Part shown: piece after piece, positions 41,604 to 50,962 of the stretch
Numbering within the stretch: position 1 is the stretch's first letter
How the letters are laid out: every line of letters begins with the position of its first letter
NCBI GenBank assembly: GCA_943349825.1
Contig: CALQZQ010000001.1
Location: 34,157-98,156 of the forward strand
Direction of reading: 5' to 3'
Source of the DNA: Candidatus Peribacteria bacterium
GTDB taxonomy: Bacteria; Patescibacteriota; Gracilibacteria; UBA1369; 2-02-FULL-48-14
DNA length: 64,000 nucleotides
The notes under the pieces: generated by a model
The model's input: only the letters and a program-made list of their open reading frames with translations
Databases searched by the model: none
What the model was told of the DNA's origin: nothing
Translations under genes and position numbers: made by a program

Positions 41604-43427
41604 CTAAGCCGCCTGTCTAAAAAACTCCGGATTTTTGGCCAGGAACTCTGTGCGAGCGGTGCCGGTGGCTTTTTGAAGAATTTCGATGCGGTCCAGCTCC
41701 CAGTTGCAGACGCGATGAGTGATGAGAGAAATGGATTGAGGTGCCAAGTCTTTGGCCATCTTGAATTCCAGTTGGCGTTCTTTCACTTTGTGGTGCATCC
41801 CAGAACCGTCGGCTTCTTCAAAGGCATGAGTGTCTACGCAGATGAGCATGACTTCAACTCGTACCCCTTTTTTTGTCACTCCCAGAAGAGAAATTTTGGG
41901 ATAACGAGCGTGTTTGAAGTCTTTTTCTATAACGAATTGGCCGGGTTCGAGATCGGTAGGTTTTAAGGTTCCTGCTTCTAGTTCAGCAGTTCTATTGGTT
42001 TCCATTCCTAAGCCGTGGGCGGTAGCGACGAGGTTTTCGTACACCATATTTTGTAATTCTTCATCGCTTTCGAGTTCGGTGGAAGTGATCCCGGCCAAGA
42101 TTCCACGGGTTCGGATTTCATCGGGGAAACGATCGGGGCCTACATCTCCGTAACTTTTCCCAAAATATTTATAAACACGAGATTTTTCCATTTTGTCGTC
42201 CACTTCCACAAGGTGGACCAGTTTTTGATATTCTGCCACACTTCGTGCGGTGCGGAGTTTTCTACAGCTTAAAATGGCACCGTTCCCAGTGGCTTCAAAC
42301 TTTTTACCCGTGAATTTTAGCGTTGGGTAGCGCATTTTTTGATTGGGCTGCTGACTTTCAAACATGTTTTCGAGGATTTTTGCATCGGCGTCTTTCACTT
42401 TGTTCGTGGCCTCAATGTTTTGGATCCGACGATTTTGAATGAAATGGATGAAACCGATCACCCACAAGATTTGGGCATCGTTGACGTCGCGTACGTCATC
42501 TCCGGTGTAGAGGTATTCTAAAATTTCATAGGGTGATTTGTTGCGCAGGGATTGATTGAGGTTGGGGGCTTCGTTGTCTTCTCCTTGGATTTGACCAGTG
42601 GCTTCGTAGTGCCGAATGAGGTCTCTTACGGAAAGCATGATGTCGCGAATGAAGTCGCCGGCCCAGTGTAAACTTTCTTGGATATCTGCTTCGAGGCTAG
42701 TCACGTTGTAGCCTTGGATCTCTTTGGGTTGAAGAGGCCTTCTAAGTAACGAGCTAAGTTCTGTTCCACCACTATGGACTTGAAGGTAGCTGGATACGGC
42801 ACGAACTGTTGGGGTTTTTAGAATTTCGGTTTCCGGTATTGCTCCCAAAAGGTATAGGACAGCTGTACTGGCTTTGTCCCTGGGGAGTGCCTCTTTTCCT
42901 ACTAAGATCTGTATTCTTTTGAAGGCTTCCCGGACCTCTAGAGGGGAGAAACTGCGACCTCCTTCTAAGTGAAACTGTGCGTTCTTGAAAATAGAGACCA
43001 AGCGGTCTCGTAAATGAGCTCTTTGAGCCAGGCCGATTTTATGGCGGATTCCATCTCTTTCTTCCTTGATGTCTGGAGCGGTTTTTTCTATCGCTGCCGA
43101 AATATTGTTTGCCGTTTCATCGAGGACTGTCTTCACCATTTCTTCATTTGGCGCTATGGTGATCAGCAACTGACGATGTCCCAGCTCTCTTTGGAGATCT
43201 TTTCCTCCCAATAAAATCCTGTAAATGTCGTTGGTACGAACGGCTTCAGGGAGAACTTCTGGTTTTTGGTCTACGATGGCGCCGGTTTGTTTGCCCAAAT
43301 CTGTAAGCAGTTGAACCTCACTTTCACCCACTCCCACGCTAAAATGGCGCCCAAGAACGGCTCTGCCAGAAAAACCGGCTAGCCCTTGGAGTAAGTCGGA
43401 ATAGTCCTCTGCGCCTTCGGTTGACAT
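41604..43427 (-). CDS. Hypothetical protein with a degenerate C-terminal RelA/SpoT-like nucleotidyltransferase domain
   Basis: DKMEKSRVYK, PDEIRTRGIL, YPKISL, VEVMLI and HHKVKE occur in RelA synthetase order. Confidence 0.45.
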   Translation of the reverse strand: MSTEGAEDYSDLLQGLAGFSGRAVLGRHFSVGVGESEVQLLTDLGKQTGAIVDQKPEVLPEAVRTNDIYRILLGGKDLQRELGHRQLLITIAPNEEMVKTVLDETANNISAAIEKTAPDIKEERDGIRHKIGLAQRAHLRDRLVSIFKNAQFHLEGGRSFSPLEVREAFKRIQILVGKEALPRDKASTAVLYLLGAIPETEILKTPTVRAVSSYLQVHSGGTELSSLLRRPLQPKEIQGYNVTSLEADIQESLHWAGDFIRDIMLSVRDLIRHYEATGQIQGEDNEAPNLNQSLRNKSPYEILEYLYTGDDVRDVNDAQILWVIGFIHFIQNRRIQNIEATNKVKDADAKILENMFESQQPNQKMRYPTLKFTGKKFEATGNGAILSCRKLRTARSVAEYQKLVHLVEVDDKMEKSRVYKYFGKSYGDVGPDRFPDEIRTRGILAGITSTELESDEELQNMVYENLVATAHGLGMETNRTAELEAGTLKPTDLEPGQFVIEKDFKHARYPKISLLGVTKKGVRVEVMLICVDTHAFEEADGSGMHHKVKERQLEFKMAKDLAPQSISLITHRVCNWELDRIEILQKATGTARTEFLAKNPEFFRQAA

Positions 43428-43465
43428 GGAGAATTAATGTTTTGGCGCTAAGCTTACAATAGTTT

Positions 43466-44767
43466 CTACAGCTTTGGCAAGCTTTTCAGATCTGATAGCT
43501 TCTGGATTTTTAGGCCCATTTTCTCTACGGCCTTGCCGCGTTCTTTGTCTTTGTAGCTGGGGCGGACTTCTCCGGTGAGGCTGATTTCGCCGAAAAAGAC
43601 ACTGCCTATGGGAAGAGGTCTTTTTTGAATGCTGGAGGCGATGGCTGCACATACGGCCAGATCTGCGGTGGGATCGCTGAGGGTGAGACCGCCGGTGATG
43701 TTGATGTAGACGTCTTGGTCGGCCAGATTCAGGGTGGTGTGTTTTTGCAGGACGGCGATGAGGAGCTCCAGACGGTTTCTGTCGTAGCCGCTGGCCATGC
43801 GTTTGGGATAGCCAAAGTCTGTATGGTGAACGAGGGCCTGGACTTCCATGAGGAGAGGCCGATTGCCTTCCATGCTCATGGTGAGCGCGCTGCCGATGGC
43901 GGCTTCTGGGCGGTTTTTGAGCACGCGTTCGCCGGGATTTTTCACTTCCGTGAGGCCTTCGCCGGTCATTTCGAAGAGCCCCACTTCGCTTACGGGGCCG
44001 AAACGGTTTTTGAGCGCGCGGAGCATGCGCAGTTCATGATCACGTTCGCCTTCTAGGAGAAGCACCGTGTCCACGAGGTGTTCCAGTACTTTAGGGCCGG
44101 CGATGTTGCCGTCCTTGTTCACGTGGCCAATGAGCAGGGTGGGAATTTTAGCGGTTTTAATGGTGTTCATGATCATTTCCGTGACATAACGGACTTGGCT
44201 GATGCTGCCCGCTACACCTGGAATTTCTGCCGAAGACATGACTTGGATGGAATCGATCACTAGGAACTCCGGTTTTTCGTTCGCGATGGTGGTGAGTATG
44301 TTTTCGAGCGAAGTTTCGTAGAGGATTTGCAGATTGTTTTCACTGGCACCGAGGCGACGCGCGCGGTCTGCGATTTGATCCACGGATTCTTCGCCGGTGA
44401 TGTAGAGCACGCGCTCTTTTTGAGCAGCCATGCGGCTGACCACTTGCAAGGTGAGGGTGGATTTCCCGATGCCGGGTTCGCCGGAAAGGAGAATGAGGCT
44501 GCCTTCCACGAAGCCGCCGCCCAGCACTTGGTCGAATTCGCTGAGGCCGGTGACGAGGCGAGCTTTGGGTGCTGCCTGGTCGGCGAGGCGGCGAGGCTTT
44601 TCTGCGGCGGTGCGCGGGATGCCGTGGCTAGAAAGGGTGTCGCTTTTGCCCACGTTCACCACGTCTTCCACAAAAGTATTCCACTCTCCGCAGCTCGGGC
44701 ATTTCCCTTGCCACTTGGAACTTTCTTGGGAGCAGTTTTGGCAGACGTAGATGGTTTTGAGTTTCAT
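43466..44767 (-). CDS. radA: DNA repair protein RadA/Sms
   Basis: CQNC..CPSC zinc finger, GEPGIGKST, KNRFG. Confidence 0.96.
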   Translation of the reverse strand: MKLKTIYVCQNCSQESSKWQGKCPSCGEWNTFVEDVVNVGKSDTLSSHGIPRTAAEKPRRLADQAAPKARLVTGLSEFDQVLGGGFVEGSLILLSGEPGIGKSTLTLQVVSRMAAQKERVLYITGEESVDQIADRARRLGASENNLQILYETSLENILTTIANEKPEFLVIDSIQVMSSAEIPGVAGSISQVRYVTEMIMNTIKTAKIPTLLIGHVNKDGNIAGPKVLEHLVDTVLLLEGERDHELRMLRALKNRFGPVSEVGLFEMTGEGLTEVKNPGERVLKNRPEAAIGSALTMSMEGNRPLLMEVQALVHHTDFGYPKRMASGYDRNRLELLIAVLQKHTTLNLADQDVYINITGGLTLSDPTADLAVCAAIASSIQKRPLPIGSVFFGEISLTGEVRPSYKDKERGKAVEKMGLKIQKLSDLKSLPKL

Positions 44768-44855
44768 GGCCTTAGGGTAGTATATACTCACCCTATGTGT
44801 CCAGCCTAAATTCAGCCCTTGCCGCTCCAGAGGTGTTTTGCTAAAGTCTCCGCGT

Positions 44856-44931
44856 GGATCGGTAGCTCAGTTGGTAGAGCAGAAGACTCTTAATCTTTTG
44901 GTCGCGGGTTCGACTCCCGCCCGGTCCACCA
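44856..44931 (+). tRNA. tRNA-Lys(CTT)
   Basis: Complete cloverleaf, anticodon loop CT-CTT-AA, TTCGA, encoded CCA. Confidence 0.95.
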
Positions 44932-44946
44932 TTTTAACTTTACGCC

Positions 44947-45504
44947 ATGTCCGATCTACTCACGGTCATCTCTGGAATGTGTTTCATTCGTCCTTTGCCG
45001 CCTCTGCGCAGCACACCGAATGTGGAGTTCAATGTGATTCCTGTTTTGGATCAGCTCTCAGCCATCGACCGTGTGCGTCATGCGCCGGGGGCTTACAGTC
45101 CTTCTGTGCCTGGTACGGAGTTGCGGCCGTGGTACATGCATCCGGATCAAGAGGACAATTTATTGGTGTGTGAGGGAAGACGCGTGGTGGAACTCTACAA
45201 TAAAGAACATGGCACCGTGGAAACTTTTGAAGTCACTCCCAATCGCTTGATGCAGTGCAAACCGAATCTTTCCGAATGCCGTGTGATTTACGAAGGCCCG
45301 CACATTTTCGGTTGGCCCAAAAACGTTTTCCATCGTGTATACAGCCCAGAAGGCAGTTTCTCCATCAATTTTGCTCGGCACTACGAGGGTTTTGACATGT
45401 CGACCAACTTCAACATTTATGAACTCAACACCGATACCGGTGATTATTCCGTAGTGCGAGAAGGCCACCTGGATCAACCCAGCAACTTAGTGATGGGTGA
45501 CTAG
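44947..45504 (+). CDS. Cupin-fold protein (RmlC-like family)
   Basis: PWYMHPDQEDNL...FHRV two-motif cupin pattern. Confidence 0.65.
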   Translation: MSDLLTVISGMCFIRPLPPLRSTPNVEFNVIPVLDQLSAIDRVRHAPGAYSPSVPGTELRPWYMHPDQEDNLLVCEGRRVVELYNKEHGTVETFEVTPNRLMQCKPNLSECRVIYEGPHIFGWPKNVFHRVYSPEGSFSINFARHYEGFDMSTNFNIYELNTDTGDYSVVREGHLDQPSNLVMGD

Positions 45505-45548
45505 GGCTTGAGCTCGCGGGCTCTTCTGTGTAAAGTTCCTGCGGTTAC

Positions 45549-45623
45549 GGCAAGGTGGCGGAGTGGCTACGCAGCAGTTTGCAAAACTGTACCACATGGG
45601 TTCGAGTCCCATCCTTGCCTCCA
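45549..45623 (+). tRNA. tRNA-Cys(GCA)
   Basis: Cloverleaf GGCAAGG/CCTTGCC, anticodon GCA, U73, CCA. Confidence 0.95.
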
Positions 45624-45644
45624 TTCATTTTCGGATTCCACCGC

Positions 45645-45730
45645 GCCTGGGTGGTGAAATGGTATACACGCGAGACTTAAAATCTTGTGGCCGCAAGGCC
45701 GTGTGGGTTCGAGCCCCACCCCAGGCACCA
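45645..45730 (+). tRNA. tRNA-Leu(TAA)
   Basis: Cloverleaf with long variable arm GGCC-GCAA-GGCC, anticodon TAA, CCA. Confidence 0.95.
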
Positions 45731-46684
45731 TCAATAATCGTAGAAGTGTTCCAGCTGAACGCCTTCTTTCTCTAAGCTGGGAAGAAGATTTTGGAGTTCA
45801 CCCACTGAGGCGCTGATGCCTACTCTTTTTCGTGTGGGATCCGTGAGGATTTTCATGGAAAAAAGCACAGAGGCGTTTTCCACTTGTTCATCCCATTCGT
45901 GCGGGGCCAGTACAGTCATAAAAAGAGTTTCGTTGCCGGCGATGTCGTGGAGCACGAGGCCTTCTTTGAGCAGCTGAGGCAGCGTTTCGGTGAAGAGGCG
46001 GTAGCGGGGGATTTGAATGACTTCTCCTGAAGTGCTGGTGGCGTAGATGGTGTCCGGTTGGATGCCGTAAACTCCGTGACTTGCTGCACCCACCAGTTTG
46101 GCGTAGAGGCTTTTTGTCCCGAGTTCTAAGGAAAGGGCAAAACGACGTTCCCATTTTCGCAGCATGTGATCCCCTAATAATGGGGTTTCGGTCCAGAGTT
46201 GCTTCAGTTCAGTTCCGAAATCAAATTCGTACCAGGGGCGGTCGTAAATGAAACCGACATAATCTTGGTTGTATTGATACGCGAACAGGTCCTCTTCGGT
46301 TTTTTCGTTGTGAGCGCTCCATTCGCTGGCCCAACCTGTAGTGTGTTCGTAGGCATTTTTGATCAGCGCCTCTGCAGTGAAACTGCTCCCGATCACCCAG
46401 AGCATCAAATGGTCGCCGGCGTTGAAACCGTAACGGCTTTTGGTGATCGTGTAAACCTTGTAGTAACTGCTCCAAAACTGCTGAGCTGAGGCCAGGTAGG
46501 GAAATTCGCTGGGGTTTTGGTCTTGAATGAAATCCGCGTACTCTTCAGAACTATAAACAATGAACCACTCCGGAAAGGTGAGGTAAGTGCTTTCTTCGGA
46601 ACGAGCGTAATCTTCAGGCACGTCTGCTAGGGCCGTGGAAGCGCTCAGGGCCAGTACGATGAGTGTGGCGAGAGTTTTTTTCAT
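45731..46684 (-). CDS. Exported hypothetical protein
   Basis: Signal peptide MKKTLATL..ALA; TYLTFPEW; ATGA-coupled to the upstream membrane gene. Confidence 0.7.
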   Translation of the reverse strand: MKKTLATLIVLALSASTALADVPEDYARSEESTYLTFPEWFIVYSSEEYADFIQDQNPSEFPYLASAQQFWSSYYKVYTITKSRYGFNAGDHLMLWVIGSSFTAEALIKNAYEHTTGWASEWSAHNEKTEEDLFAYQYNQDYVGFIYDRPWYEFDFGTELKQLWTETPLLGDHMLRKWERRFALSLELGTKSLYAKLVGAASHGVYGIQPDTIYATSTSGEVIQIPRYRLFTETLPQLLKEGLVLHDIAGNETLFMTVLAPHEWDEQVENASVLFSMKILTDPTRKRVGISASVGELQNLLPSLEKEGVQLEHFYDY

Positions 46685-47106
46685 GCGCGGAACATTTTTG
46701 TACGACTGAAGTAAAAACCAAGCAATGCGGCGCTGCCTCCCAGTATCAAATGAGGTATGTTGACTTCTAGGCGGGTCAGCCAGCCAGACACGGCGACTTC
46801 TTGAAAGAAAACGCCCAAGTCCAGATAACCCTTTCCAATCAAAAGCCCCATCACTCCATCGAGACAATAGGCGAGGCCATACCATTTGAAGTAGAAGATG
46901 GTGGCTCCACGTGAGTAAAGACCAGCTGAAAGTGCCCATAGAGCGGAAGCTAGGTGAAGGCCATCGTCGATGGGATCCAGTTTGAAGAGGCCGAACATGA
47001 GCCCGTTTTCATCGTGAATGAAGGGGAGTGCATTCATGGCAACCACTCCGAAAAATAGGAAAGAATAAAACCAAGCGAGCTTTTGCAGGCGGGAGTACTT
47101 TTTCAT
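46681..47106 (-). CDS. Four-TM membrane protein (DUF4383-like)
   Basis: LMFGLF...DDGLHL...NIPHL pattern with four hydrophobic segments. Confidence 0.65.
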   Translation of the reverse strand: MKKYSRLQKLAWFYSFLFFGVVAMNALPFIHDENGLMFGLFKLDPIDDGLHLASALWALSAGLYSRGATIFYFKWYGLAYCLDGVMGLLIGKGYLDLGVFFQEVAVSGWLTRLEVNIPHLILGGSAALLGFYFSRTKMFRA

Positions 47107-47164
47107 AGTGGGGCGTGAAGAATTGTGCTAATACTAAAGCACCTTCCACTCCTCTACAACTCCT

Positions 47165-48754
47165 ATGAAGAAAACCCACGCTCCCCGTTCACGGAAGCTT
47201 CGCTATGTCCTTTTTTTAAGCGCGGCCTGCGCACTTTTGGTGGCTAAAAAAATCTATGATTTTGCGGTGCCTCCTTACGAAGCTAAGGATTGCACTTTTG
47301 CTTATCCTGAAGCTACGGATACGACCAAGGAAACGACCATCACCATGCTTCCTGAGTCTCCTGTCGTCTTTGAACAAGAGGGAGGTGTGATCAATGACGC
47401 GAGTTGCCTCAATCAAACGGCGGTCTATGGAATTGTGGACGTGCAGAGCGAAGACGACATTAAAAATGCTTTGTTCTTTGCCCAGGAAAATGATCTCAAA
47501 GTGACGGCGGCGGGGCAACGACACAGCATGGGAGGCCAGAGTTTTACGGCCGGTGGCTTGGTACTGAATATGAAAACTTTCAATGAAATGACTTTGGATA
47601 AAGAAAACAAAGTGCTGCACGTGCAAACCGGTGCTCTGTGGCAAGACGTGCAGGAGCTTTTGGATAAAGAAGGCCTGTCCGTGAAGGCCATGCAGTCCAT
47701 CAATATTTTTACGGTGGGAGGGACTTTGAGTGTGAATGCCCACGGCATTGCGCACGACCCTGGGCCCATTGCTCCCACGGTGCGTTCTCTACGCATCATG
47801 CTCAGCGACGGCACCATCAAAACAGCGAGTCCCACGGAAAATGAGGACTTGTTCCGCGCGGCTTTGGGGGGTTATGGCCTGGTGGGAGTGATTTTGGATG
47901 TGGACCTGGACGTGGTGGACAACGAGGCTTATGAACTTTCTAGTGAATACATGGATTACACGGAGTTTGCGGATTACTACGCTCAGCATGTGGAGGGCAA
48001 TAAAGATGTGGGGCTTTTCTATGGTCGCCTTTCGGTGTCTCCTTTGAGCTATCTCACGGAGGCTGTGGTGCATGTGTATAAAAAAACAGAGGAAGAGGTG
48101 GAGATTCCGGTCCTGCAGCCCGATCAGCACGACACAATCAACCGTTTCATCATCAACTTTTCTAAGACGGGTTCCATCGGGCGTTGGTTCCGCTGGACCT
48201 TGGAAAAGTATGTGGAACCCTCTGTGCATCGCTGTTCTCGCAATCAGGCCATGAGCCAAAAAGAAGTGTGTTTGGTGTCGCGCAATCAAGAAATGTACGA
48301 TTCCATGGGTTATTTGAAGAATCGCCTTGAGGACACCGATATTTTGCAGGAATACTTTATTCCTCACGATCAAATGGCGGCTTTTGTGGATGGCCTTCGT
48401 AGCACCGTTCAAAAGAATGGGGCGAATTTATTGAATGTGACCATTCGTATTGTGAGCAAAGATACGGTCACTTCGCTCCCGTATGCCAAGGAAGATATGT
48501 TTGCCTTTGTGCTCTACTTCAACCAAAAACTCAGCGTAGAAGAGAGCAAAACGTTACAACAAACCACGGTGGACCTGATTGATGTGGCTACCAATTTGGG
48601 GGGCACGTATTATTTGCCCTACCAGCTTTATTATTCTCCGGAAGAATTGCGGGCTGCTTATCCTGAGATTGACGCTTTCTTTGCTCAGAAGCAGAGCTTT
48701 GATCCGCTCGGACTCTTTAGCAATAAATTTTATCAAAAATATGGTCCCCAATGA
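47165..48754 (+). CDS. Membrane-anchored FAD-binding oxidoreductase (gulonolactone/DprE1-like superfamily)
   Basis: GQRHSMGGQ, TVGGTLSVNAHG, LFRAALGGYGLVGVI, YYLPYQ, FDPLGLFSN. Confidence 0.88.
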   Translation: MKKTHAPRSRKLRYVLFLSAACALLVAKKIYDFAVPPYEAKDCTFAYPEATDTTKETTITMLPESPVVFEQEGGVINDASCLNQTAVYGIVDVQSEDDIKNALFFAQENDLKVTAAGQRHSMGGQSFTAGGLVLNMKTFNEMTLDKENKVLHVQTGALWQDVQELLDKEGLSVKAMQSINIFTVGGTLSVNAHGIAHDPGPIAPTVRSLRIMLSDGTIKTASPTENEDLFRAALGGYGLVGVILDVDLDVVDNEAYELSSEYMDYTEFADYYAQHVEGNKDVGLFYGRLSVSPLSYLTEAVVHVYKKTEEEVEIPVLQPDQHDTINRFIINFSKTGSIGRWFRWTLEKYVEPSVHRCSRNQAMSQKEVCLVSRNQEMYDSMGYLKNRLEDTDILQEYFIPHDQMAAFVDGLRSTVQKNGANLLNVTIRIVSKDTVTSLPYAKEDMFAFVLYFNQKLSVEESKTLQQTTVDLIDVATNLGGTYYLPYQLYYSPEELRAAYPEIDAFFAQKQSFDPLGLFSNKFYQKYGPQ

Positions 48755-49133
48755 TTTCCTAAGAAAAGTGCTTTGGTTTTTCTTCTTGGCTTCTATTCTC
48801 ACTTATGTGGAGATGTGTTTTCTTTTGGAAGCAGTGGTTTTGGATGGAAGCAGTGGAGGTTTTGTGTTTGAAGATGGGGAAGTGGTGCCGAGTCTTATTT
48901 TCTACGGATTCATTGCGGCGGCTGTTTTTGCACTGGTCCTTCAGTTTGTGCTTCCGAATAAGATAAAAGATCCTTTCGCTCGCGATCTTTTACGTTACGC
49001 CTGTTTTGAAATGGTGGGAGTCCTTGGATTCACCCTCTTTTTGTTTGGTGGACATTATCAAGAACCCTTGGTGTTTATAGGAGTTGCTTTCATCGGTATG
49101 CTCTCAGTTTTTCCTCGCAATAAGGCTCTTTAG
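48741..49133 (+). CDS. Membrane hypothetical protein
   Basis: About four TM segments; overlaps the oxidoreductase stop. Confidence 0.6.
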   Translation: MVPNDFLRKVLWFFFLASILTYVEMCFLLEAVVLDGSSGGFVFEDGEVVPSLIFYGFIAAAVFALVLQFVLPNKIKDPFARDLLRYACFEMVGVLGFTLFLFGGHYQEPLVFIGVAFIGMLSVFPRNKAL

Positions 49134-49877
49134 GAGCACTGCTACTCCCAGCGTAAAGAAAGGGAGGCTCAGCATTTGCCCGGTGGTCAGGCTGAAGAAA
49201 CTTTCGTGAAGCGGAAAATCTTTGAAGAATTCCACCGTGAAACGTAGGGCAAAGTAGAGGGTGAAAAACACACCGAAGAAGAAGCCCGGCTTCGCGGTTT
49301 TGCTATGGTTGTGCCAGAGCGCGAACATGATGGCAAACAGAGCCATGCCCATGCCGAATTCGTAGAGTTGTGAGGGGTGGCGGGCGAGTTCGTCCACGCG
49401 CGTGAAGGTCACAGCCCAGGGCACATCGGTGGCGCGGCCCACGAGTTCACTGTTGAAGAAATTGCCCAGGCGAATGAAACTCACGGGAATACAGGCTACG
49501 ACCACGATGAGATCGGCAAAGTCGAAGAATTTGAGTTTTTTGTGGCGCCATAAAAAGAGTCCGTAAGCGATGAGCAGTCCGATGGCCGCTCCGTGACTGG
49601 CCAGGCCGCCCTTCCATACTGCTAGAATTTCAATGGGGTGAGCGAGGTAGTAAGCCAGTTCGTAAAACACAATGTGACCGAGGCGCGCGCCCACAATGAG
49701 GCCAATCACCAAGTAAACGGTGAGGCTGTCGAGCAGCTCCAGCGGGAGTTTTTTTTCTTTGCACAGTTTGCGCGCCAGTTCGTAGGCCAGCAGCAGCGCT
49801 ACCGCAAATAGGACTCCGTAATAACGGATTTCTAGCGGGCCAAGGTGAACGAGTACGGGATCAATGTTCCAAATCAT
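49104..49877 (-). CDS. lgt: Prolipoprotein diacylglyceryl transferase
   Basis: IRYYG, GARLGH, GGLASHG, RLGNFFNSE..G, RHPSQLYE, R..VEFFK. Confidence 0.95.
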   Translation of the reverse strand: MIWNIDPVLVHLGPLEIRYYGVLFAVALLLAYELARKLCKEKKLPLELLDSLTVYLVIGLIVGARLGHIVFYELAYYLAHPIEILAVWKGGLASHGAAIGLLIAYGLFLWRHKKLKFFDFADLIVVVACIPVSFIRLGNFFNSELVGRATDVPWAVTFTRVDELARHPSQLYEFGMGMALFAIMFALWHNHSKTAKPGFFFGVFFTLYFALRFTVEFFKDFPLHESFFSLTTGQMLSLPFFTLGVAVLLKSLIARKN

Positions 49878-50452
49878 CGGACAGCGAAAGAGTTAAGCAT
49901 GGTTTCCATTTGTTCCACGGTTGCGTCTTCTTCGTCCGGACGGTAGCTGGCGGTCACGACCCAGGCACGATCGGCTTTGCAGAGCACCAGTTGCATGAAG
50001 TTCAAGGTGGGCCCCTCAGTGGTGTTTTTTCCCGCGAAAATGTTCAAAATGGTGGCGCTGTCCGCTCCGGCCACAGTGAGGGTGAGTTCTTCCTGTGAAA
50101 TCAGTTCGTAGTTGAGCAAGTGATCGTCGTGGTTTTGCAGCTTGGTTTGGGTGTAGTCCGCGCTGGTCAACTTCTTTGCGTTTTCTTCGCGCACCACGGT
50201 GACGTTGGCGGTGAAACTGGTATTTTGCACATTGTTTTTAAAAGCGATGCGTAGTCCTGAGGGGTAGTCGTCGGTGAAATCATTGAGGGTTTCCCAAGTG
50301 TCGGGCACGTCGATGTTGAAATCGCTGGTTTTGTAGGTCACGTAACGGGGGGTTTCAGAATTACTGCTAGTGACGTCTATGACGGTGGAAGAACCTCCAC
50401 AGCCGGTGAGCAGCAGAGAAGTGAGGAAAATGGTGGCGAGGAACTTTTTCAT
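49874..50452 (-). CDS. Lipoprotein, PsbP/DUF1795-like
   Basis: LLLTGC lipobox; FNIDVPDTW; FTANVTV; coupled to lgt. Confidence 0.65.
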   Translation of the reverse strand: MKKFLATIFLTSLLLTGCGGSSTVIDVTSSNSETPRYVTYKTSDFNIDVPDTWETLNDFTDDYPSGLRIAFKNNVQNTSFTANVTVVREENAKKLTSADYTQTKLQNHDDHLLNYELISQEELTLTVAGADSATILNIFAGKNTTEGPTLNFMQLVLCKADRAWVVTASYRPDEEDATVEQMETMLNSFAVR

Positions 50453-50540
50453 GTGGGTATTTTAGCAGATTTTTTAGGGAAATCTCTTGACTTCATTTTA
50501 CGTATTCTATAAATATGTTCCACGTAAGTTTGCTCTTTGA

Positions 50541-50728
50541 AAAATCATCTTTCTGTAAGAATTCTCTTTTTCTTCTCCTCGCGGAGAAGGAAGGGCCTAA
50601 GCCGGTAACGAATTCAGCAAGTCAAATAAGGTTTTCCCTGAAGATCTCTTTGAATTTCTGAGCCTCGTCGGTTGCTTTTAGTAGGGGGAGTGAAGAATAG
50701 GAGAATTCTCATCGTAAGGTGGGATTTT
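50541..50728 (+). ncRNA. Probable 6S RNA
   Basis: About 190-nt irregular rod (AGAATTCTC/GAGAATTCT, TTCTTC/GAAGAA, CTCCTC/GGGGAG, central bubble, AGCCGG/TCGGTT, GAATTCA/TGAATTT); G-U pairs favour the + strand; upstream TTGACT promoter. Confidence 0.5.
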
Positions 50729-50746
50729 ATTATTTTATTTTTATTT

Positions 50747-50941
50747 ATGACGGATCGTTTACCTACGATAGGTGTTGATGAAAGCAATACTTTTGTTTCG
50801 CTTGAGCACCGTATTGGCATTGCAGTGGAAGCTGCTCGCTTGAGGAATCTTACGGGGCGTGAGCCAGAGGCAAGAGAAGTTTTGGAGGGTGTGACAGCTG
50901 GTGTGAGAGCTCGTTTTGAAGGGAATGTTGACCGCAGTTAG
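50747..50941 (+). CDS. Small hypothetical protein
   Basis: 64-aa ORF after an AT-rich leader TTTTATTTATG. Confidence 0.45.
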   Translation: MTDRLPTIGVDESNTFVSLEHRIGIAVEAARLRNLTGREPEAREVLEGVTAGVRARFEGNVDRS

Positions 50942-50962
50942 TTTCTCCCCTTCAATAGAGGC

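Noticed and set aside
45645-49133. Integrative element at tRNA-Leu
   Set aside because: No integrase and no duplicated tRNA 3' end found
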